Source: a bacterium (GTDB taxonomy: Bacteria; UBA8248). Taken from it: a stretch of 64,000 nucleotides of DNA. Of the stretch, positions 1 to 9,074 are shown one piece after another (position 1 is the first letter of the stretch; every line of letters begins with the position of its first letter). The notes beneath the pieces are model-generated. The model did not search any database. It was not told where the DNA came from and was given only the letters and a program-made list of their open reading frames with translations. Position numbers and translations under genes: made by a program. The DNA is taken from assembly GCA_965219955.1 (NCBI GenBank), contig OZ244799.1, forward strand, positions 2,560,001-2,624,000, given 5' to 3'.

Positions 1-485
1 CCGCCGCCGTGAAGCTGGCGGGCAAGGCCGCGGACGTTTTCCTGTTCAACGGCCGTTCGCTCGCGGACGCGAGGGAGTTGATGGCCGCCGTGAACCATGA
101 AGCGCAGGCTTGCGGGAGATCCATCCGCCACGGGATGAGCTCGTTCATCGTCTGCCGCGACACCGACGAGGAGGCCGGGGCGGAACTCGAGCGCCTGTTC
201 TCGCTCATCACCGAGCCGCCCAGGCTCACGGGCGTCGACAGGGCCGCCCAGCACAGGAAAACGAGCGCGAAGGCCGGCGGCGTCGGTTCGAACGGCGGCA
301 CGGCGACGGGCCTCGTCGGCTCGCCCGAGACCATCGCCGAGCGCATCATGGCGTTTCACGAGGCGGGGGTGGAGTTGTTCCTGCTCCAGTTCCATCCCAT
401 GTTCGAGGAGATGGAGCGCTTCGCCTCGCAGGTCATGCCCCTCCTGCCCCTGGGCGGGAAAGCGCCCGGGGCGGCGAAAGCCTAG
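1..485 (+). CDS. LLM-class flavin-dependent oxidoreductase (SsuD/SfnG-like), 5' truncated by window
   Basis: C-terminal motif LVGSPETIAERIMAFHEAGVELFLL...ERFASQVMPLL typical of luciferase-like monooxygenases. Confidence 0.85.
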   Translation, partial: AAVKLAGKAADVFLFNGRSLADARELMAAVNHEAQACGRSIRHGMSSFIVCRDTDEEAGAELERLFSLITEPPRLTGVDRAAQHRKTSAKAGGVGSNGGTATGLVGSPETIAERIMAFHEAGVELFLLQFHPMFEEMERFASQVMPLLPLGGKAPGAAKA

Positions 486-492
486 CTCCCGC

Positions 493-966
493 TCACTCCA
501 GGATTACGCGCGCGCCCAGCCCGAAGCCGTTTCTCAGGAACCAGCCCTGGTTCACCTCCAGCACCCGGCGGACCTTGTGGCGCGACGTGTAGGAGGGAAT
601 CGGCGTCCCCGGCCTGTGGGGCTGTAAGTGTATGATTTCCAGCACCTCTCCGCTCTTGTCGATGAAGGCGAGCGAGAGCGGAATCCGCGTGTTCTTCATC
701 CAGAAGAACCGCCGCGCGTCATCCTCGTAGACGAAGAGCATCCCGGCGTTCTCGGCCAGCCGCTCCCGGCCCATCAAGCCCTGCGTGCGGGCTTTGGGGG
801 TATTTGCGATCTCGACCGAAAGCGTCGCCTCGCGCCCCTCCTGGGCGATGCGCACCACGCCGCGCTCGAAAGTCTGCGCGGCGGACGCGCCCATGAGCAG
901 CGCCCAGACGAGCGAGGCGGCGCAGGCAATCCTGATTCCCGAAATGGACCGCACGTATAACCTCAT
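493..966 (-). CDS. DUF192 family exported protein
   Basis: Signal peptide, then VEIANTP...GLMGR...GMLF...FWMKNTRIPLSLAFID...VLEVNQG; start could be 966 or 1008. Confidence 0.9.
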   Translation of the reverse strand: MRLYVRSISGIRIACAASLVWALLMGASAAQTFERGVVRIAQEGREATLSVEIANTPKARTQGLMGRERLAENAGMLFVYEDDARRFFWMKNTRIPLSLAFIDKSGEVLEIIHLQPHRPGTPIPSYTSRHKVRRVLEVNQGWFLRNGFGLGARVILE

Positions 967-1189
967 ATAGAACAGCTGCTTAAAGAGGCCGGCGAAGGCC
1001 AACCACACCGGATATTTTCACCACGCATTTCCCCGCATTTGCCGTCATCGAGCCGCTCTCCGGTTATGGCAGGATTCCCCTGTACTGCGCCCCGGCGGCG
1101 TCTCCTCCCCCCGAAACAATTTGCGGTTATTTATCGAAAGACACGTTAAATATTTCACCCCACGGACAATCGTACGACTGGATACCCTG

Positions 1190-1233
1190 AAGCATGATAA
1201 ATTGCTGTATTCAAAGCGGTAATTATCATGCTT
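1190..1233. repeat. 11-bp perfect inverted repeat near the left ICE boundary (terminator or att core candidate)
   Basis: AAGCATGATAA (1190-1200) / TTATCATGCTT (1223-1233), followed by TCTTTTT. Confidence 0.6.
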
Positions 1234-1249
1234 TCTTTTTCGCCTCTCC

Positions 1250-1278
1250 TTGAATTTACGTCATATTTACGCTATAAT
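1250..1278 (+). promoter_or_regulatory. sigma70-type promoter of the integrase operon
   Basis: TTGAAT (1250-1255), 17 bp, TATAAT (1273-1278). Confidence 0.7.
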
Positions 1279-1365
1279 GGACTCATATTTGATGCCGGAC
1301 GTATGCGTTTTGATTACGGATCGTCCATATCCTCCGGCTTGTGACACAATTTCCGGGGAGCGCCC

Positions 1366-2544
1366 ATGCCGAAAAGAAGCGAACGCAAGCTTACCAAACG
1401 CGTCGTCGACGCGCTATCCGTCGAGAAGGACGACGGCGTCTTCTGGGACCGGGAACTGGCGGGTTTCGGGGTGCGGGTCTACGCCACGGGCCGGAAGGTC
1501 TACGTGGTGCAATCGAGAGGGCCGTGGGGCCCCAGGCGCGTGACGCTGGGCCGGCACGGCGAGATGTCCACTGATGAGGCGAGGAAACAAGCCGCACTCG
1601 TCATCGACCGCATCAAGCGGGGCGAGGCACCCGAACCCAGGCCGCCCGAGGCGGAACCCACCGTGGCCGTCCTTTGCGATCGCTTCATGCGCGACCACGT
1701 CGAGACGCACTGCAAGCCCGATACCGCCGCGACCTACCGCTCCTATATCGGGAACCACATCCTTCCGGCGCTGGGCGGGAAGGCGCTCGCCGATGTCGGC
1801 CGGGCGGAGGTATCGGCGCTTCATCACGACCTGCGCGCGACGCCCGTCGCGGCCAACGTGATCCTGGGACTGCTCTCGAAGATGTTCAAGATGGCCGAGG
1901 CGTGGGGCCTGGTTCCGGCCGGGGAGAACCCCTGCCGGGGGCTTCGCCGCTACAGGACGCGCAAGCGGGAGCGGTTCCTGACGCCAGAAGAGTTCCGCCG
2001 CCTCGGAGGTGCGCTCCGTGACCTGGAGGTAGAGGGGAAGACGTGGCCCCCTGCCGTCGCAGCGATCAGGCTCCTGGCGCTGACCGGGTGCAGGCGGGGC
2101 GAGATACTGGACTTGCACTGGGACGACGTGGACCGCACGGCGGGGGAGTTGAGGCTCAGGGACGCCAAGACGGGTCCGCGCATGGTTCCCCTGACCAAAC
2201 CCGTATTGAGGGTGCTGGAGGGGGTTCCCCGCTCGCCGGACGATTCCTGGGTGATCTCCAGAGGGAACGGGAAGGACCGCCCGTTGAGCCTCTCCTACTA
2301 CTGGGAGGCCGTGAGGGAGCGGGCGGGGTTTCATGATGTCCGCATTCATGACCTCCGGCACTCGTACGCCAGCCGGGCGCTGGCGCTCGGCGAGAGTCTG
2401 TCTGCGATCGGCAGGCTGCTCGGCCACCGTCACGTGGTGAGCACGGCGCGCTACGCGCACCTGATGCGAGAGGCCGAGAAGGCGGCGGCCGCCCGCGTGG
2501 GCGAGAGCATCGGCGTCCATGTCACGAACGGGAGGGTCGAGTGA
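1366..2544 (+). CDS. Tyrosine integrase 1 with N-terminal arm-binding domain (P4-like)
   Basis: WDRELAGFGVRV arm domain; catalytic motifs TGCRRGEI, DAKTG, HDLRH, LGH, RYAH. Confidence 0.95.
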   Translation: MPKRSERKLTKRVVDALSVEKDDGVFWDRELAGFGVRVYATGRKVYVVQSRGPWGPRRVTLGRHGEMSTDEARKQAALVIDRIKRGEAPEPRPPEAEPTVAVLCDRFMRDHVETHCKPDTAATYRSYIGNHILPALGGKALADVGRAEVSALHHDLRATPVAANVILGLLSKMFKMAEAWGLVPAGENPCRGLRRYRTRKRERFLTPEEFRRLGGALRDLEVEGKTWPPAVAAIRLLALTGCRRGEILDLHWDDVDRTAGELRLRDAKTGPRMVPLTKPVLRVLEGVPRSPDDSWVISRGNGKDRPLSLSYYWEAVRERAGFHDVRIHDLRHSYASRALALGESLSAIGRLLGHRHVVSTARYAHLMREAEKAAAARVGESIGVHVTNGRVE

Positions 2545-3710
2545 TGACGAAGTCCATGATGAAAACGCTCTCGAACCGTTGGGTCGCGAAACTGAAAGTC
2601 AAGAAGGACACCGTGTATTGGGATCGCGATCTCACCGGCTTCGGGGTGCGGGTCTACCCCACGGGGAGCAAGGTCTATATCGCCCAGGCGCGCGGAACCG
2701 AAGGACCGAAACGGGTGGCGGTGGGCCGCCACGGCGTGATCCATGCCGATCAGGCGCGCAAGCGCGCGGCGCTCGTCATCGCGCGCATCAAGGCGGGCGA
2801 GGAACCTGTGCCTGAGCCGATGAAGCCCGCCTGCGGTCCCACGGTGGCCGAGCTCGCAAGGCGCTATCTCGCCGAATACGTATCCGTGCGGTGCAAGCCG
2901 CGCACCGTGAAGACGCTCCGCTCCGTGGTCGGCAGGAACATCGTGCCCGCGCTGGGCGCGATGCCGATATCCGCGGTCGAGCGCAAACACGTGGCGGAAC
3001 TCCACCAGCGGCTGAGCGCCACGCCCGCGGCGGCGAACCATGCCGTCCGGGCGCTGTCCGCGATGTACCGCCTCGCAGGTGAATGGGGTCTCGTGCCCGA
3101 GGGCGTGAATCCGTGCCGCGCCATCGCCGAATACCCGGTCGGCCGCCGGGAGCGCTTCCTCACCGAGGCGGAATTCATGCGTCTGGGAAAAACGCTTGAC
3201 GAGATAGAGGCCGGGGGCGGCGCGTCCGCGAGTGCTGTGGCGGCGATCAGGCTCCTGATCCTGACCGGGTGCCGGAAGTCGGAGGTCCTCACGCTGCGCT
3301 GGGAGGAGTTGGCGCTCGATCAAGCGGAACTGCGGCTCTCAGACTCCAAGACGGGCCCGCGGGTCGTTTCGCTCTCAGAGCCCGCGGTGAAACTCCTCGC
3401 GGGTCTGCCGCGCACCCCCGGCAATCCCTGGGTGCTCCCCGGCAGGAAGCCGGGTACGCACCTTCGGAAGCTCGATGACGCCTGGCAGTCCGTCCGCTCG
3501 CGCGCGGGGCTTCACGACGTGCGCCTCCATGACCTGCGCCATTCGTTCGCCTCGAGAGCTCTCGCGCTCGGCGAGGGGCTTTCCACGATAGGGAAATTGC
3601 TCGGCCACGCCCGGATCGAGACCACCTCGCGCTACGCGCATCTCGCGCGCGATTCGGTGCGCGAGTCCGCCGAGCGGGTCGCCGCGAGCATCGCCGAAGA
3701 CCTGCTGTAG
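2541..3710 (+). CDS. Tyrosine integrase 2, paralog translationally coupled to integrase 1
   Basis: WDRDLTGFGVRV; TGCRKSEV, DSKTG, HDLRH, LGH, RYAH; start overlaps the TGA of int1. Confidence 0.95.
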   Translation: MMTKSMMKTLSNRWVAKLKVKKDTVYWDRDLTGFGVRVYPTGSKVYIAQARGTEGPKRVAVGRHGVIHADQARKRAALVIARIKAGEEPVPEPMKPACGPTVAELARRYLAEYVSVRCKPRTVKTLRSVVGRNIVPALGAMPISAVERKHVAELHQRLSATPAAANHAVRALSAMYRLAGEWGLVPEGVNPCRAIAEYPVGRRERFLTEAEFMRLGKTLDEIEAGGGASASAVAAIRLLILTGCRKSEVLTLRWEELALDQAELRLSDSKTGPRVVSLSEPAVKLLAGLPRTPGNPWVLPGRKPGTHLRKLDDAWQSVRSRAGLHDVRLHDLRHSFASRALALGEGLSTIGKLLGHARIETTSRYAHLARDSVRESAERVAASIAEDLL

Positions 3711-3793
3711 GGCGCCGGGCGCAACTACCGGGAATCCGGTCGATGATGATCTGACCGCCGCGCACGCAAGAACCAACCGTGAATGCGGTTTTC

Positions 3794-6631
3794 CTATATT
3801 TCCATCAGGCGATCGAAACGCGTCCTCTCCATCGCAGGCTGCCGCCCTTCACCCGGATGCAGCGCTTCGGTCTGCTTCTCTGTCCCGATGCTCCCGGCCT
3901 TGCTCCCTCCTATCGCCTCCAGAGCCGCGATCCGCTCCCCCGTCGCGGCTTCGAGCCGCTCGCACAGGACCCCCGCATCATCGGTCACGAGTTCCGCCCG
4001 GTCCCGGGCGCGGCTGATCTCGACGTACAGCGTCTTCTGGTTGGTGAGTTCGGGGTGGTTCGCCTCCATCGCGGCGATGACGGTATCGACCGTCCGTCCC
4101 TGAAAGGCATGGACGGTCGAGGCCCAGGCGCGGTCGACGTGGCGAAGCTGGGGATCGGCGGTCGTCATGTCGAGGACGCGCCCGTCCTCGATGCGGAAGG
4201 TGACGCGCCCGCCCCTGACATCCGTCACCTCGGCGGCCTGGCTGTTCATGAGACCGAGGTCCGGGTCGTTCCGGGTCCAGCGGATCTTGTCGCCCTGGCG
4301 CAGCTCCATATGCTCGACCTTGTAGACCTCGACACCTCCGCTGCGCGCCGCGAGACGGCGGGGCTCCCAGCGGATTTCCCGCCCGTGCCTGCCTTCTAGA
4401 ATCACCGCGGCGCCCTTGTGATCGACACCCGCCACACGCAGCTCGTCTCCCTTCTCGACGCCGATGCGCTTGTAGGGGCGGTGGAAGGCGACGACGTCAC
4501 CGGGGGCGTAGTTCGCGGCGAGCGATTTCTCGGGGTTCGTGTAGCCGCGCGAGACGAGGCGTTCCGTGAGGAAGGCCGGACCGTGGACGACGCCCTCCCG
4601 GACCAGGCGCTCACGGACGATTGCGTTGATCTTCTCGCGGATCGCATGGCTCGGCGCCATGAGCCCGGCGTTTGCACGCGCCTCGGGCGGGAGCGCCAGC
4701 CAGCGCGCGGCGGCGGCGCCCGCGAGGTTGTCGGGTTTCACCTCGGCCACGTTGGAGCCCAGCTTCTCGAAGGCGCTCTTCACGTCGCCTGAGAGAGTGG
4801 ACTCGACGGCGGCCTTCAGGTCCTGGTCGCGCTGGCGCATGATCTCCTCCATCACCGCCGTCTTCATGCCTGCGGCCTGCAGCTGCGCGAAGGGTTTGCC
4901 GGCGTCGACGGCGTCCAGTTGTTTCGCGTCGCCCACCAGAACGACCCGGGGCAGGCGCAAGGTCTGCGCGATACGCAGGAGTTTGCGTACCTCGCGCGTG
5001 GAGGCGAGGGAGCCTTCGTCCACGACGAGGGCGGTCTTCGCGTAGCCCGCGCGCAACTGTTTTTGGGCTTTCCTCTTCAGGCGGCCCCCGGCGACATCCG
5101 CGTTTCGCGTGAGGAAGCGCTGCAGCGTCTCGCTCGCGATGCCGGCTTCTGCTTCAAGTGTCCGCGCGGCCGAGGCGGAAGGCGCCAAACCCTTCACGTT
5201 GTAGCCGCGCTTTTCGAGGAGCGCGCGGGCGCGTTTCAGCATCCTGGTCTTGCCGGTGCCGGCGTAGCCCTGCACGCCGACGACCCGGTCGGAGTCCGTG
5301 AGGATCAGTTTGACGGCCTCGCGCTGGCCATGGGTCAGCGGGCCGTTTCTCAAGGCCTTGTCCACGGCGCGGCCGCGCATGGCGGGCGCGCCCCGTCCCC
5401 TGCCGGCCTCCACGAGCGCGATGGTCTCGCGCTCTGCCGCCGCGGCCTTCTCCGTCGTGATCATGTCCTTCACTCCGGGCAGGTCCGCCGCGTGCAGGAC
5501 GCCGGTCTTCTCCAGCCTCCTGACCTCGCGCTGTGCTCCCGCCATCGACACCGCGCCCGGCCGCCAGGCGAGTGCGCCAGCGAGCAGGGCGGCGCGGTCG
5601 AAGACGGCTTCTCTTTCCGCCAAGTGCGCTACGGCCCATTCCACGGCCTCGCGGGCGGGCTCGACGTCCGCCGCGCTCCGGGCGGAGTCGCGGGATACGG
5701 CGCTCCTCGCCATTGCCTGGACGGCGAGGACCCCGGCGTTGAAGCCGAGATCAGCAGCCTGTTTTTGCCATACGGCCGCGATCGCCGTCTTGTCGACGTC
5801 CCGCTTGCGCGCGCGGGTCATGAGCGCGGCCCTCTGGGCTGCGCGCTGGTTCTCCGCCGTCGCGCCAAGTCCACGCTCGGCCATCGCAGCCTCTATCTCC
5901 GCCCGCCGGGTCGAGAACGCCTCGATCACGTCCCTGGGCACGCCCGCGACCTCGAAGCGCCCGTCCGCGTGGGTCTTCTCGACCCGGTAGCCGAGTTCTC
6001 CCAGTTCCCTGGCGAGTTCGGTCCGGTACATCGCGCCGATCAGCATCTTGTTCGCATAGAGTTTTTCGTTGGACATCGTGCGCCACTTGCCGTCCGTCCC
6101 CTGCACCATGTTGGCGATGACGGCGTGCGTGTGGATCAGGGGGTCAAGGTTGCGCGACGTGTCGTGCCGGAATGTCGCGACCACGCTCTTCTGGTCTCCC
6201 GCCCGGACGATGCGCCTGGTCGCAGGGTCGCTCATCCTGGTCTCCGCGACGTTTCGCTCGACCCAGTCCAGGGTGCGCGCGACGGCAACGTCGTGGGCAC
6301 TGATCGCGCGCGCGTCGCCGCCGACGTACGCGAGGAGGGAGACGGATTTCGGGGCCGAGAGGGTGAGGTCGCGGCCGGGGCGGTGGTGGAACGACCCGTC
6401 CTTTCCCGGGCGGCCGAGCCTGCGGCCGGAACCGTCGGGGACCACGCCTTCGAGAACCGCGCGGAAGGTATCGGGGTCCACCGGACCCGACAGTCCCAAA
6501 TCCTTCGCGCCCCTGCCTTGCCAGGCGCTCGCTTCGCGGTGGGCCGGATCGTCCTTCGCATAGTAGCCGTCGCGTTCGTAGTAGGACGCCCCCTGCGCGG
6601 GGGCGGCGACGGCGCCGATGGACGCCACCAT
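3794..6631 (-). CDS. traI: MOBF conjugative relaxase-helicase (TrwC/TraI-like)
   Basis: YYERDGYY tyrosines, DLTLSAPKSVS, HDTSRNLDPLIHTH (HUH); helicase motifs GYAGTGKT, DEGS, HAFQGRT. Confidence 0.95.
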   Translation of the reverse strand: MVASIGAVAAPAQGASYYERDGYYAKDDPAHREASAWQGRGAKDLGLSGPVDPDTFRAVLEGVVPDGSGRRLGRPGKDGSFHHRPGRDLTLSAPKSVSLLAYVGGDARAISAHDVAVARTLDWVERNVAETRMSDPATRRIVRAGDQKSVVATFRHDTSRNLDPLIHTHAVIANMVQGTDGKWRTMSNEKLYANKMLIGAMYRTELARELGELGYRVEKTHADGRFEVAGVPRDVIEAFSTRRAEIEAAMAERGLGATAENQRAAQRAALMTRARKRDVDKTAIAAVWQKQAADLGFNAGVLAVQAMARSAVSRDSARSAADVEPAREAVEWAVAHLAEREAVFDRAALLAGALAWRPGAVSMAGAQREVRRLEKTGVLHAADLPGVKDMITTEKAAAAERETIALVEAGRGRGAPAMRGRAVDKALRNGPLTHGQREAVKLILTDSDRVVGVQGYAGTGKTRMLKRARALLEKRGYNVKGLAPSASAARTLEAEAGIASETLQRFLTRNADVAGGRLKRKAQKQLRAGYAKTALVVDEGSLASTREVRKLLRIAQTLRLPRVVLVGDAKQLDAVDAGKPFAQLQAAGMKTAVMEEIMRQRDQDLKAAVESTLSGDVKSAFEKLGSNVAEVKPDNLAGAAAARWLALPPEARANAGLMAPSHAIREKINAIVRERLVREGVVHGPAFLTERLVSRGYTNPEKSLAANYAPGDVVAFHRPYKRIGVEKGDELRVAGVDHKGAAVILEGRHGREIRWEPRRLAARSGGVEVYKVEHMELRQGDKIRWTRNDPDLGLMNSQAAEVTDVRGGRVTFRIEDGRVLDMTTADPQLRHVDRAWASTVHAFQGRTVDTVIAAMEANHPELTNQKTLYVEISRARDRAELVTDDAGVLCERLEAATGERIAALEAIGGSKAGSIGTEKQTEALHPGEGRQPAMERTRFDRLMEI

Positions 6632-6632
6632 T

Positions 6633-8561
6633 TCAGAAATTCCTCAGGTTTTCCGGCTGCGGCTCCCCGGAGCCGGGCGTGTCGTTTCCACTCTTTTCCG
6701 GCAGGGGAGGAGCAGGTTCGTTTTCGTGATCATCGACCTGCGTCGTTTCCTCACCGGAGAGAACGTCCCCGGTCCCGGGCGCTTCGGTTCCCGCGATTTC
6801 ATTCGCCTCGGGAAGCGTCGCGCCCTCGCGGGGTATGAAACTCTCGGCCGCCCCGGGCCTTTTCACGTAGTCGAGCTCGACCCGCGCCACCGGCCAGGGA
6901 CCCGGGAACTTGAGGTAGCCGTGCAGGTTTTCCAGGCGCATGATCTCGGAGGGCAGCGCCAGGGGGCGCATCTCGCGGCGCTGCGTGAGCGATACGCCGT
7001 CGCGCATGGCGCTCGCGCCGTAGCTCAGCCCCTCCGCGTACTCGGTGACCTCGCCGCGCCCCAGGCTCTCGGCCGACCAGCGCGCCGTCTCCTGGTCGGG
7101 CGCGGCCAGCACCACCCGGGTGCCGCAGAGACCCGATACGGTCTCGGCGCCGTTTCGCCCGTAGAGGTCGCGCAGGGCGGAGATCACCTGGATGCCGAGC
7201 ACGAAACACCCCCCGAACTGGCGGGACTCGGCGAGACCGGGCTGCAGGCTCGGCACCTGGTGCAGGGTGGGAAGCTCGTCGAGCACGATCCATATCCTGC
7301 GCGCGTCGTCCCCGCCGAGGGAGAGGAGCGCGTTCACGGCGATCTCTAGCCAGGTCGAGATGAGGCCCCGGAGGCTCGCGTGCTGGTCCCCGCGCGAGGT
7401 CAGGAACAGGAAGCCGGTCTCGTCCTCGCGCTCCACCCATTCCCTTATCGAGAAGGGCTTCCCTGAGTCGGGCAGGCATTCGAGCGCGCCCAGATGCGCC
7501 GTCAGCATGGCGCGCACCGAGAGCGCCGTCTTGGGGTTCTCGGGGTCCACGATGGACTGCGCCACCGTGCCCTCCATGGCCTCGGCCAGGGAGGTGAGTT
7601 CCGTCTTGAGCAGGTGCTCGACGAGTATCCGGTTCTCCGTCACGCCGCGCTTCCACAGGACGCCCGCGCCGTTCGCGAACAGCTGCCGGGCGGCCGTGAC
7701 CCAGAAGGGGTCCACCGTGTCCTTCTGCTGAGGTATCAGGGCGGCCGCCATCGTGTCGAAGTCCCTGGGCGTCCTGGCTTCCAGGAAGGGGGACCACCGC
7801 GGTGCCCGGGCGTCCAGGGGATTCATCAGGACGTCGCGGGCGGGGTCGAAGAACGCCCGCGTGTAGCTTCCCATCTTGTCGTAGAGGATGCAGCGCTCGC
7901 CCCGTTCGCGTATCTGCGCGACCAGGTCCGATATCAGGACGGTCTTCCCCGAACCCGTGGTGCCCGAGACGATGGTGTGCTGGGTCTCGGCGCGCTTGGG
8001 CCAGGGGACCCCCGCGATGCGGGGTCTGGACTTGCGCGCCTTCTGGAAGAACTTCCCCGCCAGGTGCGAGAAAACGGACTGGACGCGCCTCCCGAGCGCC
8101 CCGGCCGATGTCATCTCCGCACCCCGCACCCTGTGCGCCCTCGCCATGCGCCGGCCCAGCAGCCAGAAGAAGAAGGCGAACAGGGCCACGCCGGCCAGGC
8201 CGAGCCAGAGGCCCAGCCACGCCTTCTTGTAGATGGTATCGAGAATGCGCCTCCTGATCCGCTCGATCCTGGGATCGCTTGCGATGAGGGATATGCGCTC
8301 CACGGTCCGCTCGCCCGCGCCCCACTCGTAGACCTGGCCCGAATCGGGGGAATACCCGATGCCGAGCTTGGCCTCGGCCAGCGTGCCCAGGCCGATGACG
8401 CGCCACTCGTGCGCGCTCGTCGTCCTGAAGACCGTGATCGCGGGCGTCAGGACGACAGTCAGGACGAGTCCCAGGACTGCCCAGCGTGCGAGCTGGCCCC
8501 ACATCCTGGCGTCGTGGAGCAGGGTCTGGCCGCCGCGCAGTGTGGCGTTTCCGATGGTCAT
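6633..8561 (-). CDS. traD: Type IV coupling protein (TraD/TrwB family)
   Basis: Two N-terminal TM segments, Walker A GTTGSGKT, Walker B LDELP, PSEIMRL motif. Confidence 0.93.
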   Translation of the reverse strand: MTIGNATLRGGQTLLHDARMWGQLARWAVLGLVLTVVLTPAITVFRTTSAHEWRVIGLGTLAEAKLGIGYSPDSGQVYEWGAGERTVERISLIASDPRIERIRRRILDTIYKKAWLGLWLGLAGVALFAFFFWLLGRRMARAHRVRGAEMTSAGALGRRVQSVFSHLAGKFFQKARKSRPRIAGVPWPKRAETQHTIVSGTTGSGKTVLISDLVAQIRERGERCILYDKMGSYTRAFFDPARDVLMNPLDARAPRWSPFLEARTPRDFDTMAAALIPQQKDTVDPFWVTAARQLFANGAGVLWKRGVTENRILVEHLLKTELTSLAEAMEGTVAQSIVDPENPKTALSVRAMLTAHLGALECLPDSGKPFSIREWVEREDETGFLFLTSRGDQHASLRGLISTWLEIAVNALLSLGGDDARRIWIVLDELPTLHQVPSLQPGLAESRQFGGCFVLGIQVISALRDLYGRNGAETVSGLCGTRVVLAAPDQETARWSAESLGRGEVTEYAEGLSYGASAMRDGVSLTQRREMRPLALPSEIMRLENLHGYLKFPGPWPVARVELDYVKRPGAAESFIPREGATLPEANEIAGTEAPGTGDVLSGEETTQVDDHENEPAPPLPEKSGNDTPGSGEPQPENLRNF

Positions 8562-8726
8562 TCTCTTCTCCCTTTAATATCTGATGGATAGTCGAGCTAC
8601 CAGCTTCGATGCCAGGCGATGCGCCGCGCGGAGGCCGAGGAGGGCGTGTCAGGGGCGAAAGAGCGGGGTCCCGGGAGAGTCCGTGGCCCCGTCAACCGAT
8701 GAATGACAACTCATGAGGAGCCACCC

Positions 8727-9074
8727 GTGAAAAACCGGAAACCATCCAGGGCGGCGCGGGCATTCGTCCTCTCCGGACCCGCCATCGCGTTTCTATTCAC
8801 CCTCTATGTCCTCGTGACCGGGAGCGGCGCAAGCCTGTTGTTCGCCGCCTGGTTCTGGGCCGCTGTCTGGATTTTCCTGGCGGCGCTCGCGGGCGCCCTG
8901 TGGCGGGGATTGCGCCGCCGCGACTGGTCCGCCTTAACCGGGTACGAGCTCCCCGAAGGGGACGCCGACAGCTTCGAGTGGGCCACCCGCACGGGGCGTT
9001 ACGCCTGGCGCCGGGACTATGAGGAGGGGGGACTTTACGATGACGATCCCTTCGATCACGGTCCCATCACCTGA
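8727..9074 (+). CDS. Small two-TM membrane protein, candidate entry-exclusion protein
   Basis: GAGGAG RBS before GTG 8727; two hydrophobic helices; convergent with and overlapping the traG 3' end. Confidence 0.55.
   Translation: MKNRKPSRAARAFVLSGPAIAFLFTLYVLVTGSGASLLFAAWFWAAVWIFLAALAGALWRGLRRRDWSALTGYELPEGDADSFEWATRTGRYAWRRDYEEGGLYDDDPFDHGPIT

Noticed and set aside
1124-1151. ACACGTTAAAT resembling the XerD arm of a dif site
   Set aside because: Weak match and no XerC arm at the 6-bp spacing
4919-6838. 639-aa ORF and the other long antisense ORFs (e.g. 26785-28734, 34870-37047, 41875-43440)
   Set aside because: Shadows of real high-GC genes on the opposite strand; no motifs
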